Positions 1 through 8,748 of a stretch of 64,000 bases of DNA are shown in pieces. The stretch comes from Lentisphaerota bacterium. GTDB taxonomy: Bacteria; Verrucomicrobiota; Kiritimatiellia; PWTM01. Numbering within the stretch: the first letter of the stretch is position 1; each line of letters starts with the position of its first letter. The notes beneath the pieces are model-generated. The model saw only the letters and a list, made by a program, of their open reading frames with translations. It ran no database searches and was not told where the DNA came from. Position numbers and translations under genes: made by a program. The stretch is from positions 405 to 64,404 of the forward strand of contig VGWF01000007.1 in the NCBI GenBank assembly GCA_016873715.1. Reading direction: 5' to 3'.

Positions 1-3000
1 GTAGGCCGCGGCGACGGCGACGTGCCGGTCCTGGAACCGCTTGGCGGCCCACACGGGGTGGTCCCACGCGCCGAGGCGCGAGTGGAACCACCAGTTGTGC
101 GCGCCGTGGCAGCTGGCCTCGGCCAGCACGTCGCCGCGCAGGCGCCGGTAGATCGCGTGGCGCATCGCGTCGATTCCGTAGCGGCTCATCATGCCCTCGG
201 AGCCGTCGAAGTAGATCTGGTCGAGGCCGCACCCGTTGACGATGCCGGCGATCCGTCCGGCCAGTTCGTCGGCGAGGGGGGAGTCGGGCGCGGGGTAGAA
301 GGCCATGTAGCGCTGCTGGAGGTAGTCGGCGCGCGCCCCCGCCGCGTGGGCGGACGTCCGGGTTCCGAACGCGCCGCGGGTGCATCGGGAGAAGCCGTAG
401 GGCGGGTCCCGCAGGACCTCCGCGTACTGGAGGATCTCGGAGCCGATCCGGATGGCGTTGCCGTTGCCGGAGTAGGTGAAGACGACGTCGTGGCGCGCGG
501 ACGGCCGCTCGTGAACGTGGACCACGGTGTCGGTGGGCGACAGCGCGCGGGCGAGGGTGTACGTGTCGAACGCGAGGAGGTGGGGGCTGGGCTCGGGCGT
601 GACCCACGGGTCGCGCGTGTCGATGCAGGCGGTCAGCGTGTGGACACCCGCCTGGAGGCCGGCGGAGTGGATGCGATCGACCGTCGATTTCAGGCCGGCC
701 ATACCCTCCGGGAACAGGTTCGTGGCGGGTTCGTAATGACCGAGGGTCCGCCACCAGCCGTGGATGTGGATGTGCGTGAAGCCGCCGCGATGCGCGAGAC
801 CGATCCAGTCGTCGGTCGATGCCTGGTCGAGATCGGCGAACAGGTAGGAACCCCGGTTCGCCCCGGCGCCCAGGGACCACGGGCCGCCGAGCCGCGAGAC
901 GGGCACGTCCGCCTCCGCGGCCATCGCGCGGAGCATGGCGGGCATGTCGGCCTTGGATCCGGCGGCCAGGCCGGCGCGGCGCCCCGCGTGGCCGCCGGCG
1001 GCGGTCGTCCACGCGCGAAGCGAGGGCGGCGATCCGCCGACGGACATCTCCACGGCCAGGTCGTAGCCGCGGACGCACACGGCGTCGGCATCGTCGGACA
1101 GCATGTTCGCCATCGCGCCCCGGTGGTTCGCGCACGCGGCCGGCACGTGGAGGAAGGTCAGCTCCTCCGCGTTCGTCACCGTCAGTTCGCGGACGGTGAA
1201 CGTGAGGAAGTCCCGATGCGTCGCGACGTCGACGGTCGCGGATCCGAGGCCCCGGCCGAAATCGAAGCGGAGCGTGTCGCCGCGGCGGGAGGCGCGGCGC
1301 GCGGTGGCCTGGCGGCCGTCCGCGAGCCGGACCGCGACCAGTTCCTGCGGCCGGGCGAGGAGCTCCCGGTTCGAGGCCTTGCCGAAGAGGGATGCGATCC
1401 GGCCGCGCGCGTCGACGGCCATGCGTGCGTGACGGTTCTCGAAGACCGCGACGGGGGCCGCGTCGTCGTCGTCGGGCACGAGGGTGTACCCGGCGGAGGC
1501 GCGGGACGGATCGACCGCCAGCGCCGCGACGTCGCCGGCCGCGAGCGCGCACCCGTACATGCGCACGTCGTCGATCAACCCGCAGTGCGAGACGGGGCCC
1601 TGCCAGGCGCCGATCCTGATGCCTCCGGCCTGGACGGGGTGGGGCCACGTCGCGGTGCCCGCCGGGCGGCCGTTGACGTAGGTGGTGACCCGGGGGCGAT
1701 CGAAGACCGCGCACACGTGCGTCCACGTCCGGCGGGGCAGGGGGGCCACGAGCGGAGCGCCGGTCTCCTCCCACGACTCGCCGGCCACGCCCGCGCGGTG
1801 GCCGGGCCGGCCCAGGCGGAACGAGCAGCTCTCGTCGCGGACGAAGAGCATCAGCCCGCCGGGGCTCCAGTTCTCGGTCGTCAGCAGGTTGGGATAGCGC
1901 CCGGTGTCCTCCCACGTGACCCAGGCCGAGACCGTGCACCGGGTCGCCCCGTCGAGGCCCGGAACGGGCGGCACCTCGATGAAGGCGTTGGTTCCGCCCA
2001 GCCGGACGGCGGTGCCGAACGCGCCGCGCGCCCACCGGACGTTGTGCAGCTCCGCCTCGGCGGCGTTGGGCGAGCGGTCGCAGGCGACGGTGCCGCCGCC
2101 CTCGTCGAACGGCAGCCACAGCAGCGGCGGCGGGAGGGCCGCGGGGGCGAACAGCATCGACGCGACTTCGATCGGGCGGTCCGTCTCGAGGATGTCCGCG
2201 CCGCGGTGCTGGAGTTCGCGGTACGCGCGCTGCAGGTCCGCCCGGCCGGCCTCGCCGGCGGCGTCGATGCGGTGGTCAAGGGTGCGCGAGGTGCCGACCA
2301 TGCAGCTTGCCCCGTTCGAGTGGATCGCGGCGTAGAGGGCGGGATCCTCCGGCGGGAGGTGTCCGACGAACGCGACGACGTTGCGCCACGGGATGCCGGT
2401 GGCGGTGAACGCGGCCGCCCGGGCGGCATCCGGGATCATCACCTCCATCATGAGGTTGGTGTTGAGCGCGTGGCAGGCCTGCGCATCCTTGAGGGACCCG
2501 ACGATCAGCATGGCGTGCGCCTCGGCGCGGCGGGCCTCGATGGCGCGGACGCGGGCCTCGACGGAGACATCCTTCTGGTCGAGCACGAGGACGGTCCTGC
2601 CGCGTGCCCAATCGAGGACCTCGTCGAGCGTCGGGATGCGGTGGTCGGTGACCCGGCCCTCCGGGTCCTTCAGCCGGAGCGCCTTCAGCTCCGCCAGCGT
2701 ATGGTCCGCGACGCGCCCCGTGCCGGTCGTCGTCCGTTCGAGCGTGGCATCGTGGTGGACGACGATCGCGCCATCCCGCGTCATCCGGGGATCGATCTCC
2801 AGGATCGCGAAGGTGGAGGCGAGGGTGCGTTCGAACGTGGCGATGCAGTTCTCCGGGAAGCCCGGCGCCGCGCCGCCGCGGTGGGCGCTGACGAAGGGCA
2901 GCGGGCGGCCGGTGGGGCGGAAGAGCGCCTGCAACTCGGCGGGGGAGCGGGGGGCGAGGGAAGAGCGGGGCGGCGGGGCGGGGGCCCCCGCGAGGGCCGC

Positions 3001-3048
3001 CGCCGCGACCAGCACGCCGAGGGTTGGGACGCCGGAACGGAGCCTCAT
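1..3048 (-). CDS. Secreted multidomain protein with an N-terminal glycerophosphodiester phosphodiesterase (GDPD) domain, a LamG/concanavalin-like domain and a C-terminal barrel-like region. The C-terminus runs off the window.
   Basis: Absent from the ORF track because it has no stop in the window. The reverse complement from 3048 reads MRLRSGVPTLGVLVAAAALAGAP (signal peptide). GDPD motifs follow: FVSAHRGG..PENC and EIDPRMTRDGAIVVHHD. A LamG-like stretch follows: CTVSAWV..GGLMLFV..WTHVCAVFD..TTYVNG. The C-terminal region contains HIHIHGWW and DQIYFDGSEG. The frame stays open to position 1, and the start position was cross-checked against track ORF 22..3147. Confidence 0.7.
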   Translation of the reverse strand, partial: MRLRSGVPTLGVLVAAAALAGAPAPPPRSSLAPRSPAELQALFRPTGRPLPFVSAHRGGAAPGFPENCIATFERTLASTFAILEIDPRMTRDGAIVVHHDATLERTTTGTGRVADHTLAELKALRLKDPEGRVTDHRIPTLDEVLDWARGRTVLVLDQKDVSVEARVRAIEARRAEAHAMLIVGSLKDAQACHALNTNLMMEVMIPDAARAAAFTATGIPWRNVVAFVGHLPPEDPALYAAIHSNGASCMVGTSRTLDHRIDAAGEAGRADLQRAYRELQHRGADILETDRPIEVASMLFAPAALPPPLLWLPFDEGGGTVACDRSPNAAEAELHNVRWARGAFGTAVRLGGTNAFIEVPPVPGLDGATRCTVSAWVTWEDTGRYPNLLTTENWSPGGLMLFVRDESCSFRLGRPGHRAGVAGESWEETGAPLVAPLPRRTWTHVCAVFDRPRVTTYVNGRPAGTATWPHPVQAGGIRIGAWQGPVSHCGLIDDVRMYGCALAAGDVAALAVDPSRASAGYTLVPDDDDAAPVAVFENRHARMAVDARGRIASLFGKASNRELLARPQELVAVRLADGRQATARRASRRGDTLRFDFGRGLGSATVDVATHRDFLTFTVRELTVTNAEELTFLHVPAACANHRGAMANMLSDDADAVCVRGYDLAVEMSVGGSPPSLRAWTTAAGGHAGRRAGLAAGSKADMPAMLRAMAAEADVPVSRLGGPWSLGAGANRGSYLFADLDQASTDDWIGLAHRGGFTHIHIHGWWRTLGHYEPATNLFPEGMAGLKSTVDRIHSAGLQAGVHTLTACIDTRDPWVTPEPSPHLLAFDTYTLARALSPTDTVVHVHERPSARHDVVFTYSGNGNAIRIGSEILQYAEVLRDPPYGFSRCTRGAFGTRTSAHAAGARADYLQQRYMAFYPAPDSPLADELAGRIAGIVNGCGLDQIYFDGSEGMMSRYGIDAMRHAIYRRLRGDVLAEASCHGAHNWWFHSRLGAWDHPVWAAKRFQDRHVAVAAAY

Positions 3049-3184
3049 GCCTGCCGCCTTTCCTTCCCGCCTGGTGCGGGCGTCGCGGCGAGCCTATCAC
3101 GATTCGCGTCGCGCGTTCCATTTGACATCCGGGGGAGGCTGTCGTGAACTGGCCCCGCGCGGGCGGCGCCACGGAGGATCGGCC

Positions 3185-3499
3185 ATGACCAGGGTTGCCT
3201 TCACGATGAAGCTGAAGCCGGGGTTCGAGGCGGAGTACAAGCGGAGGCACGACGCGATCTGGCCGGAGTTGTCGCGCGCGCTGTCCGAGGCGGGGATCTC
3301 GGACTACTCGATCTTCCTCGATCCGGAGACGCGGATCCTCTTCGCGGTCCAGAAGCTCGCCGACGGGAACACGGCGGACGCCCTGCCCCGTCACCCGGTC
3401 GTGCGCCGGTGGTGGGACCACATGGCGGACATCATGGACACGCACCCGGACCATGCGCCGGTGTGCAGGCCCCTGCGCGAGGTCTTCCACGCCGACTGA
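3185..3499 (+). CDS. rhaM: L-rhamnose mutarotase
   Basis: 104 aa, beginning MTRVAFTMKLKPGFEAEYKRRHDAIWPEL. Size and N-terminal motif are typical of RhaM/YiiL. The start was found by residue counting inside track ORF 2381..3499. Confidence 0.8.
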   Translation: MTRVAFTMKLKPGFEAEYKRRHDAIWPELSRALSEAGISDYSIFLDPETRILFAVQKLADGNTADALPRHPVVRRWWDHMADIMDTHPDHAPVCRPLREVFHAD

Positions 3500-3517
3500 G
3501 CGCCCGCAACGTCGGGG

Positions 3518-3547
3518 TTGATGGGACGGGGCGGGACGGTGTATAGT
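3518..3547 (+). promoter_or_regulatory. Candidate sigma70-type promoter of the riboflavin operon
   Basis: TTGATG (3518-3523), an 18-nt spacer, then TATAGT (3542-3547). The predicted start site falls right at the 5' end of the riboswitch P1 helix (about 3554). Confidence 0.45.
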
Positions 3548-3553
3548 GTCCGC

Positions 3554-3768
3554 GATCTTCAGGGCAAGGTGAGCCCGTCCGCCTCGGGGCGGCGGGTGAT
3601 TCCTGACCGGCGGTGAAAGCCCGCGACTCCCCCGGAACGGGGGACCGATGCGGTAACCTTCAGGGCAGGCGCGAAGGAGGTACCCGCAGCCGACAGTACA
3701 GTCTGGATGAAAGAAGATCGCGAGCCGGCTCGCTTTCGGCCCTGAGACCATTGGTTCAGGGCCATTTT
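3554..3768 (+). promoter_or_regulatory. FMN riboswitch (RFN element) with terminator/sequestor hairpin
   Basis: The P1 helix pairs GATCTTC (3554-3560) with GAAGATC (3712-3718). Conserved RFN cores are present: CAGGGCAAGGTGA, TTCCTGACCGGCGGTGAAAGCCCGCGA and GCCGACAGTACAGTCTGGATGAAAGAAG. The expression platform is a hairpin, GGCCCTGA (3738-3745) with TCAGGGCC (3756-3763), followed by ATTTT directly abutting the ribBA ATG at 3770. Confidence 0.85.
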
Positions 3769-3769
3769 C

Positions 3770-4993
3770 ATGTCCGGAAACGAAGCAGGCGAGACGGTCA
3801 TCTTCACGCCGATCCCCGAGGCGATCGAGGCCTTCGGGCGCGGGGAGATGCTGCTGGTGGTGGACGATGAGCGGCGCGAGAACGAGGGCGACCTCATCGT
3901 CGCGGCCGAGAAGGCGACCCCGGCCGCGATTCACTTCATGATCCGCGAGGGCGGGGGGCTGGTCTGCATCGCCATGACCAAGACCCGGCTCGCCGCGCTC
4001 GGGCTCGCGCGCATGGCGCCGGTCGGCGCGGGCGACCCCTACCGCACCGCGTTCATGGAAAGCGTGGACGCCCGCGAGGGCGTTTCGACCGGGATCAGCG
4101 CGTTCGACCGCGCCCGCACGGTCGGGGTGCTGATGGCGGACGGAGCGAAGCCGGAGGACCTGACGCGTCCCGGCCACATGTTCCCGCTGGAGGCGGCGGA
4201 GGGGGGCGTTCTCCAGCGCGCGGGCCACACGGAGGCCGCGGTGGACCTCGCCCGCCTCGCGGGGCTCAGGCCCGGCGGCGTGATCTGCGAGGTGATGCGC
4301 GAGGACGGCGCGATGGCGCGGCGCCCGGAGCTCGCGGAGTTCGCGAAGCGGCATCAGCTCCGGATCGTGTCCATCGCCGATCTCGTGACGCACCGCCGCC
4401 GCACGGAACAGCTGGTCGTCCGGGAGCAGGTGATCCGCCTGCCGACGCGCTCCGCCGTGTTCCAGCTCCACATGTACCGCGCGAAGCCCGAGAACGAGGT
4501 GCACCTCGCCCTGGTCCTGGGCGAGCCCTCGAAACAGGCCGCGCCGCTGGTCCGCATCCACAGCGAGTGCCTCACCGGGGACGTCTTCGGATCGATGCGG
4601 TGCGACTGCGGATCGCAGCTGCGCCGGGCGATGGACCACGTCGCCGACGAGGGGACCGGCGTGATCCTCTACCTCCGGCAGGAGGGCCGCGGCATCGGGC
4701 TCGAGCACAAGATCCACGCCTACGCGCTGCAGGAGGCCGGGCTGGACACCGTCGAGGCGAACCAGAAGCTCGGCTTCGACGCGGACCTGCGCGACTACTC
4801 GGCCGCCGCCCAGATCCTGCGCGACCTCGGCGTTGACGGCGTGCGCCTGATCACCAACAATCCCAAGAAGGTCTCGGGGCTGGAGAAGTACGGCGTGCGC
4901 GTCGCCGAGCGCGTGCCGCTGGTGATCCCGCCGACCGAGTACAACGAGCGGTATCTTCGGGCGAAGAAGCAGAAACTCGGACACCTGCTGTGA
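3770..4993 (+). CDS. ribBA: Bifunctional 3,4-dihydroxy-2-butanone-4-phosphate synthase / GTP cyclohydrolase II
   Basis: 407 aa. The DHBP synthase motif is LLVVDDERRENEGDLIVAAE. The GTP cyclohydrolase II half contains IHSECLTGDVFGSMRCDCG. Confidence 0.95.
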   Translation: MSGNEAGETVIFTPIPEAIEAFGRGEMLLVVDDERRENEGDLIVAAEKATPAAIHFMIREGGGLVCIAMTKTRLAALGLARMAPVGAGDPYRTAFMESVDAREGVSTGISAFDRARTVGVLMADGAKPEDLTRPGHMFPLEAAEGGVLQRAGHTEAAVDLARLAGLRPGGVICEVMREDGAMARRPELAEFAKRHQLRIVSIADLVTHRRRTEQLVVREQVIRLPTRSAVFQLHMYRAKPENEVHLALVLGEPSKQAAPLVRIHSECLTGDVFGSMRCDCGSQLRRAMDHVADEGTGVILYLRQEGRGIGLEHKIHAYALQEAGLDTVEANQKLGFDADLRDYSAAAQILRDLGVDGVRLITNNPKKVSGLEKYGVRVAERVPLVIPPTEYNERYLRAKKQKLGHLL

Positions 4994-5000
4994 GGCCATC

Positions 5001-5531
5001 ATGCTGACACCCACCCCGGACACGGGCGCCGCGGCGCCCCCGGATCTCGGCGCGGTCCGCCAGACGTCGGGCACGCCCGACGCCACCGGGCTGCGCTTCG
5101 CGATCGTGATCTCGCGCTACAACCTCTCCCTCACCGGCCGCCTCCTCGAGGGCGCCGTCGCGACGCTCCGCCAGGGCGGGGCCGCCGAGGCCGACATCGA
5201 GGTCTTCTGGGTTCCGGGCGCCTTCGAGATCCCGACCGCGGCGGAGACGCTCGCGAAGCAGGGCCGGTTCCACGCGCTGATCGCGCTGGGATGCGTCATC
5301 CAGGGCGAGACCCCCCATGCGGGTCTCATCAACCGTACCGTGGCGGCGGCGCTCTCCGACATCTCCCGTCGGCATGGCGTTCCCGTCGTCGACACCGTGA
5401 TCCCGGCGAACACCGAGGCCCAGGCGGCGGCCCGGTGCACCGCCGGGCCGGACGGCCGGGGCGCCTACGCGGCGCGCACGGCCGCCGAGATGGCCCGCCT
5501 CCTGGCCGCGATCCGGCTCCCGTCGCCATGA
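5001..5531 (+). CDS. ribH: 6,7-dimethyl-8-ribityllumazine synthase
   Basis: 176 aa, with RFAIVISRYN, WVPGAFEIP and LGCVIQGETPHAGLI. Confidence 0.95.
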   Translation: MLTPTPDTGAAAPPDLGAVRQTSGTPDATGLRFAIVISRYNLSLTGRLLEGAVATLRQGGAAEADIEVFWVPGAFEIPTAAETLAKQGRFHALIALGCVIQGETPHAGLINRTVAAALSDISRRHGVPVVDTVIPANTEAQAAARCTAGPDGRGAYAARTAAEMARLLAAIRLPSP

Positions 5532-5986
5532 GCAGCCGACACGAAGGCCGGTTGATGGCGGTCCAGTTCCTCTTCCAGCGGGATTTCAACGGCGGCGACC
5601 TCGCCGAGGCCCTGGCCGACTTCTGGCTCGCCCGCAAGACGAGCCCCAAGCTGCGGACCTTCGCCGAGGACCTCATCCGCGGGGTCGAGACGACGCGGGC
5701 GGAACTCGACGAGCGGCTGCGGGGCTACGCGACCAACTGGGATCTCTCGCGCATGGCGGCGGTGGACCGGAACATCCTGCGGCTCGCGCTCTACGAGATG
5801 CTGCACCGCGCGGACATCCCGCCCGTGGTCTCGATCAACGAGGCGGTCGATCTGGCCAAGGAGTTCGGGGGGCGCGAGTCGGGCCGCTTCGTCAACGGCA
5901 TCCTCGATCGCGCCGCCAAGGACGTCCAGCGGCCCGCGCGCTGCGCCGCTCCCGATCCTCGGCTGCTGACGGGCGGGGGCGGCTGA
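5528..5986 (+). CDS. nusB: Transcription antitermination factor NusB
   Basis: 152 aa, with MSSRHEGRLMAVQFLFQ, DRNILRLALYEM and INEAVDLAKEFGGRESGRFVNGILD. The start forms an ATGA overlap with the ribH stop. Confidence 0.9.
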   Translation: MSSRHEGRLMAVQFLFQRDFNGGDLAEALADFWLARKTSPKLRTFAEDLIRGVETTRAELDERLRGYATNWDLSRMAAVDRNILRLALYEMLHRADIPPVVSINEAVDLAKEFGGRESGRFVNGILDRAAKDVQRPARCAAPDPRLLTGGGG

Positions 5987-5987
5987 C

Positions 5988-6893
5988 GTGGCCTCGTGGC
6001 TCTCCGCCCTCGCGCGGACGCGCGACGCGATCTCCGGAGCCCTGCGCAGGCTGGCCGGCGCTCCGGCCGCCGCGGGCCCGGATCCGGCGGAGCTGGAGGA
6101 GTCGCTCGTGCGCGCCGATGTCTCGGCCGCGATCGCGGCGCGGGTCTGCGAGGGACTGCCCTCCCGCGCGCGGGACCGGGCGACGGACCTGCCCCACGCG
6201 CTGGCCGCGGCGATGGAGGCGATCCTCCCCGCGACGCCCGCGCCCTGGACGCGGGGCGACGGCCCCTCGACGATCCTCGTGGTCGGCGTCAACGGCTCCG
6301 GCAAGACCACGACCTGCGCCAAGCTCGCGCACCGCGCCGCGCAGGATGGACTCCGGCCGCTCCTCTGCGCGGCCGACACGTTTCGCGCCGCCGGGTCGGA
6401 CCAGCTCCGCATCTGGGCGGACCGGCTGGGGTGCGAGGTCGTCGCGGGCGCGACGGGGGCGGATCCGGCGGCGGTGGCCTACGACGCCCTGGGCGCGGCC
6501 GTGGCCCGCGGGTCGGACCTGCTCATCGTCGACACCGCCGGCCGCATGCACACGAAGCAGCCGTTGATGCAGGAACTGGTCAAGGTCCGCCGCTCGCTCG
6601 GAAAGCGCCGGCCGGGGGCGCCGGAGGCGACGTGGATCGTGCTCGATGCGGCCCTCGGGCGGAATGCGATCGCGCAGGCGAAGACCTTCCACGAGGCTGT
6701 TCCGCTGACCGGCGTGGTCGTGTCGAAGCTCGACGGCTCGGCGAAGGGCGGGTTCGTCTTCACGCTGGCGGACGAACTGAAGGTGCCGGTGGTCTTCGCC
6801 GGACTCGGCGAGGGCGCCGGGGATCTCGTCCCCTTCGACCGCGCCCGGTTCGTCCGGGGATTGCTCGGGCTGGAGGATGCGGATGCTCGCTAG
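5988..6893 (+). CDS. ftsY: Signal recognition particle receptor FtsY (short form)
   Basis: 301 aa with a GTG start. GTPase motifs are GVNGSGKTTT, DTAGRMH, TGVVVSKLDGSAKGG and GLGEGAGDLVPF. Confidence 0.9.
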   Translation: MASWLSALARTRDAISGALRRLAGAPAAAGPDPAELEESLVRADVSAAIAARVCEGLPSRARDRATDLPHALAAAMEAILPATPAPWTRGDGPSTILVVGVNGSGKTTTCAKLAHRAAQDGLRPLLCAADTFRAAGSDQLRIWADRLGCEVVAGATGADPAAVAYDALGAAVARGSDLLIVDTAGRMHTKQPLMQELVKVRRSLGKRRPGAPEATWIVLDAALGRNAIAQAKTFHEAVPLTGVVVSKLDGSAKGGFVFTLADELKVPVVFAGLGEGAGDLVPFDRARFVRGLLGLEDADAR

Positions 6894-7986
6894 CGGGACC
6901 GCCGATTCCGCATGGATGGCCCGCGCGCTTGCGCTTGCGAGGCGGGGGGAGGGGCTGACGCGCCCCAATCCGCCTGTCGGCGCCGTCCTCGTGCGCGGCG
7001 GTCGCGTGGTGGGGGAGGGCTGGCATCGCAGGGCGGGGGGCCCGCACGCCGAGGTATTCGCGCTGCGGGCGGCCGGTTCCTCGGCGCGCGGGGCGACGGC
7101 CTACGTGACGCTCGAACCGTGCAGCACGCACGGCCGCACGCCGCCCTGCACCGAGGCCCTGATCGGCGCCGGCGTTGCCCGCGTGGTCGCCGCGGTCCGG
7201 GACCCGAATCCCCTGCACGCGGGGCGCGGACTGCGTCGTCTGCGGGCGGCGGGGGTCGAGGTCGCCTGCGGTGTCTGCGGGGCGGAGGCGGGCGCGCTGA
7301 TCGAACCGTTCGCCCAGTGGATCCTGCGCCGGGAGCCGTGGGTCGTTCTGAAGCTGGCGATGACACTCGACGGTCGCATCGCCGACGCGGACGGCGCGTC
7401 CCGCTGGATCACCGGCGCGGGAGCCCGCGCCATCGTGCAGGCGGAGCGGGCGCGATCGGATGCGATCCTGGTCGGCGCCGGCACGGTCGTTCGCGACAAC
7501 CCCTCGCTCCTGCCGCGGCCGACCCGCGGGCGGCGCCCCTGGCGCGTCATCCTGGACCCGCGCGGGCGGACGCCCGTCGCGTCGAAGGTGCTCTGCGACG
7601 GAGCGGCGGCGCAGACCCTCATCGCGGTGGGGCCGGACTGCGATCCCGCCCGCGCGATGGCGTTCCTCCGTCGTGGCGCCTCGGTGGCCGTCATCGATTC
7701 GCAGGCGGACGGGCGGCTGTCGATCCGCGCGCTGCTCGACCACCTCGGCAGGCTCGGCATCCTCCGCGTGCTCTGCGAGGGCGGAGCGGAGGTCGCCGCG
7801 TCGCTTCTCGACGCCCGGGCGGCGGACGAGCTTCTCTTCTTCTACGCGCCGCGCATCCTCGGCGGCCGGTCGGCCGTGCCGGCGGTCGGCGGCGCGGGAC
7901 GCCGCCTGGACGCGGCGCTCGGCTATCGCATCACGGAAACCTGGATGGCGGGCGGGGACGTCGCGGTCCGGGCCCGCCCCGAATGA
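6877..7986 (+). CDS. ribD: Bifunctional diaminohydroxyphosphoribosylaminopyrimidine deaminase / 5-amino-6-(5-phosphoribosylamino)uracil reductase
   Basis: 369 aa. The deaminase zinc motifs are HAEV and LEPCSTHGRTPPC. A reductase C-terminal half follows. The start overlaps ftsY by 17 nt. Confidence 0.9.
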   Translation: MRMLASGTADSAWMARALALARRGEGLTRPNPPVGAVLVRGGRVVGEGWHRRAGGPHAEVFALRAAGSSARGATAYVTLEPCSTHGRTPPCTEALIGAGVARVVAAVRDPNPLHAGRGLRRLRAAGVEVACGVCGAEAGALIEPFAQWILRREPWVVLKLAMTLDGRIADADGASRWITGAGARAIVQAERARSDAILVGAGTVVRDNPSLLPRPTRGRRPWRVILDPRGRTPVASKVLCDGAAAQTLIAVGPDCDPARAMAFLRRGASVAVIDSQADGRLSIRALLDHLGRLGILRVLCEGGAEVAASLLDARAADELLFFYAPRILGGRSAVPAVGGAGRRLDAALGYRITETWMAGGDVAVRARPE

Positions 7987-8669
7987 CGGGAGGATCGGAC
8001 GTGTTCACCGGAATCGTGCAGCGGATGGGGCGCATCGCGGAACTGGACCTGAAGGCGGAGTGGGGTCGCATCGGCGTCGACGCCGGCGCGTGGGACCGTC
8101 CGATCGAGATCGGCGAGAGCGTGGCGGTGTGCGGAACCTGCCTCACGGTCAAGGAGGCGGTCGGCGGCGTGCTTCGCTTCGACGTTCTCCGCGAGACCTT
8201 CCGGCGGACGAACCTCGGGGAGAAGCCGGTCGGCTCGATGGTCAACCTCGAGCGCGCGCTCCGGTGGGGCGATCCGCTCGGCGGGCACATCATGATCGGC
8301 CACGTCGACGGCGTCGCGCGCGTGCGGTCGGTCCAGCCGGTCGGCCGCGACTGGCGCTTCGAGTTCGAGTGCGCGAAGGACCTGATGGACGGCATGGTCT
8401 TCAAGGGCTCGGTCTCGGTCGACGGCGTCAGCCTGACGATCGCCGACATGACCGCGGACTCGATCGGGATCCACATCATCCCGCACACCTACGACATCAC
8501 CTGCTTCGGCCGGTACCGCCCGGGCGATGCGGTCAACATCGAGGTGGACATCCTCGGCAAGTTCGTCCGGCGCTACGTCGAGCGGGGTGTCGCCTTCCCG
8601 GGCCTGACGTGGGACACGCTCCGCGGCACGGGCCTGATCGCCGGGGATGCGGTTCCCGGCCGGCCCTGA
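7983..8669 (+). CDS. ribE: Riboflavin synthase (alpha chain)
   Basis: FTGIVQRMGRI at the N-terminus, then the duplicated lumazine-binding repeat (GESVAVCGTCLTV / GSVSVDGVSLTI). The ATG at 7983 forms an ATGA overlap with the ribD stop. An alternative start is the GTG at 8001 (VFTGIV). Confidence 0.9.
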   Translation: MTGGSDVFTGIVQRMGRIAELDLKAEWGRIGVDAGAWDRPIEIGESVAVCGTCLTVKEAVGGVLRFDVLRETFRRTNLGEKPVGSMVNLERALRWGDPLGGHIMIGHVDGVARVRSVQPVGRDWRFEFECAKDLMDGMVFKGSVSVDGVSLTIADMTADSIGIHIIPHTYDITCFGRYRPGDAVNIEVDILGKFVRRYVERGVAFPGLTWDTLRGTGLIAGDAVPGRP

Positions 8670-8748
8670 TCGACGGTGTCGCGCCGCGACGCATCGGGCT
8701 TCCGAGGATGGGAAGCCGCGGCCGCGGGGTCTTCCAAGGGTTGGACGG

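Noticed and set aside
22-3147. Very long ORFs in the supplied track: 22..3147 +, 2276..5086 -, 10261..13560 -, 10761..13736 +, 19193..21772 -, 25913..27907 +, 27841..31533 +, 32104..34290 -, 51509..53956 + and 61186..63789 -.
   Set aside because: Their translations are monotonous Arg/Ala/Gly/Pro-rich strings with no recognisable motifs. Each lies opposite to, or out of frame with, a gene that has clear family signatures. These are typical stop-codon-poor shadow ORFs of roughly 70% GC DNA.
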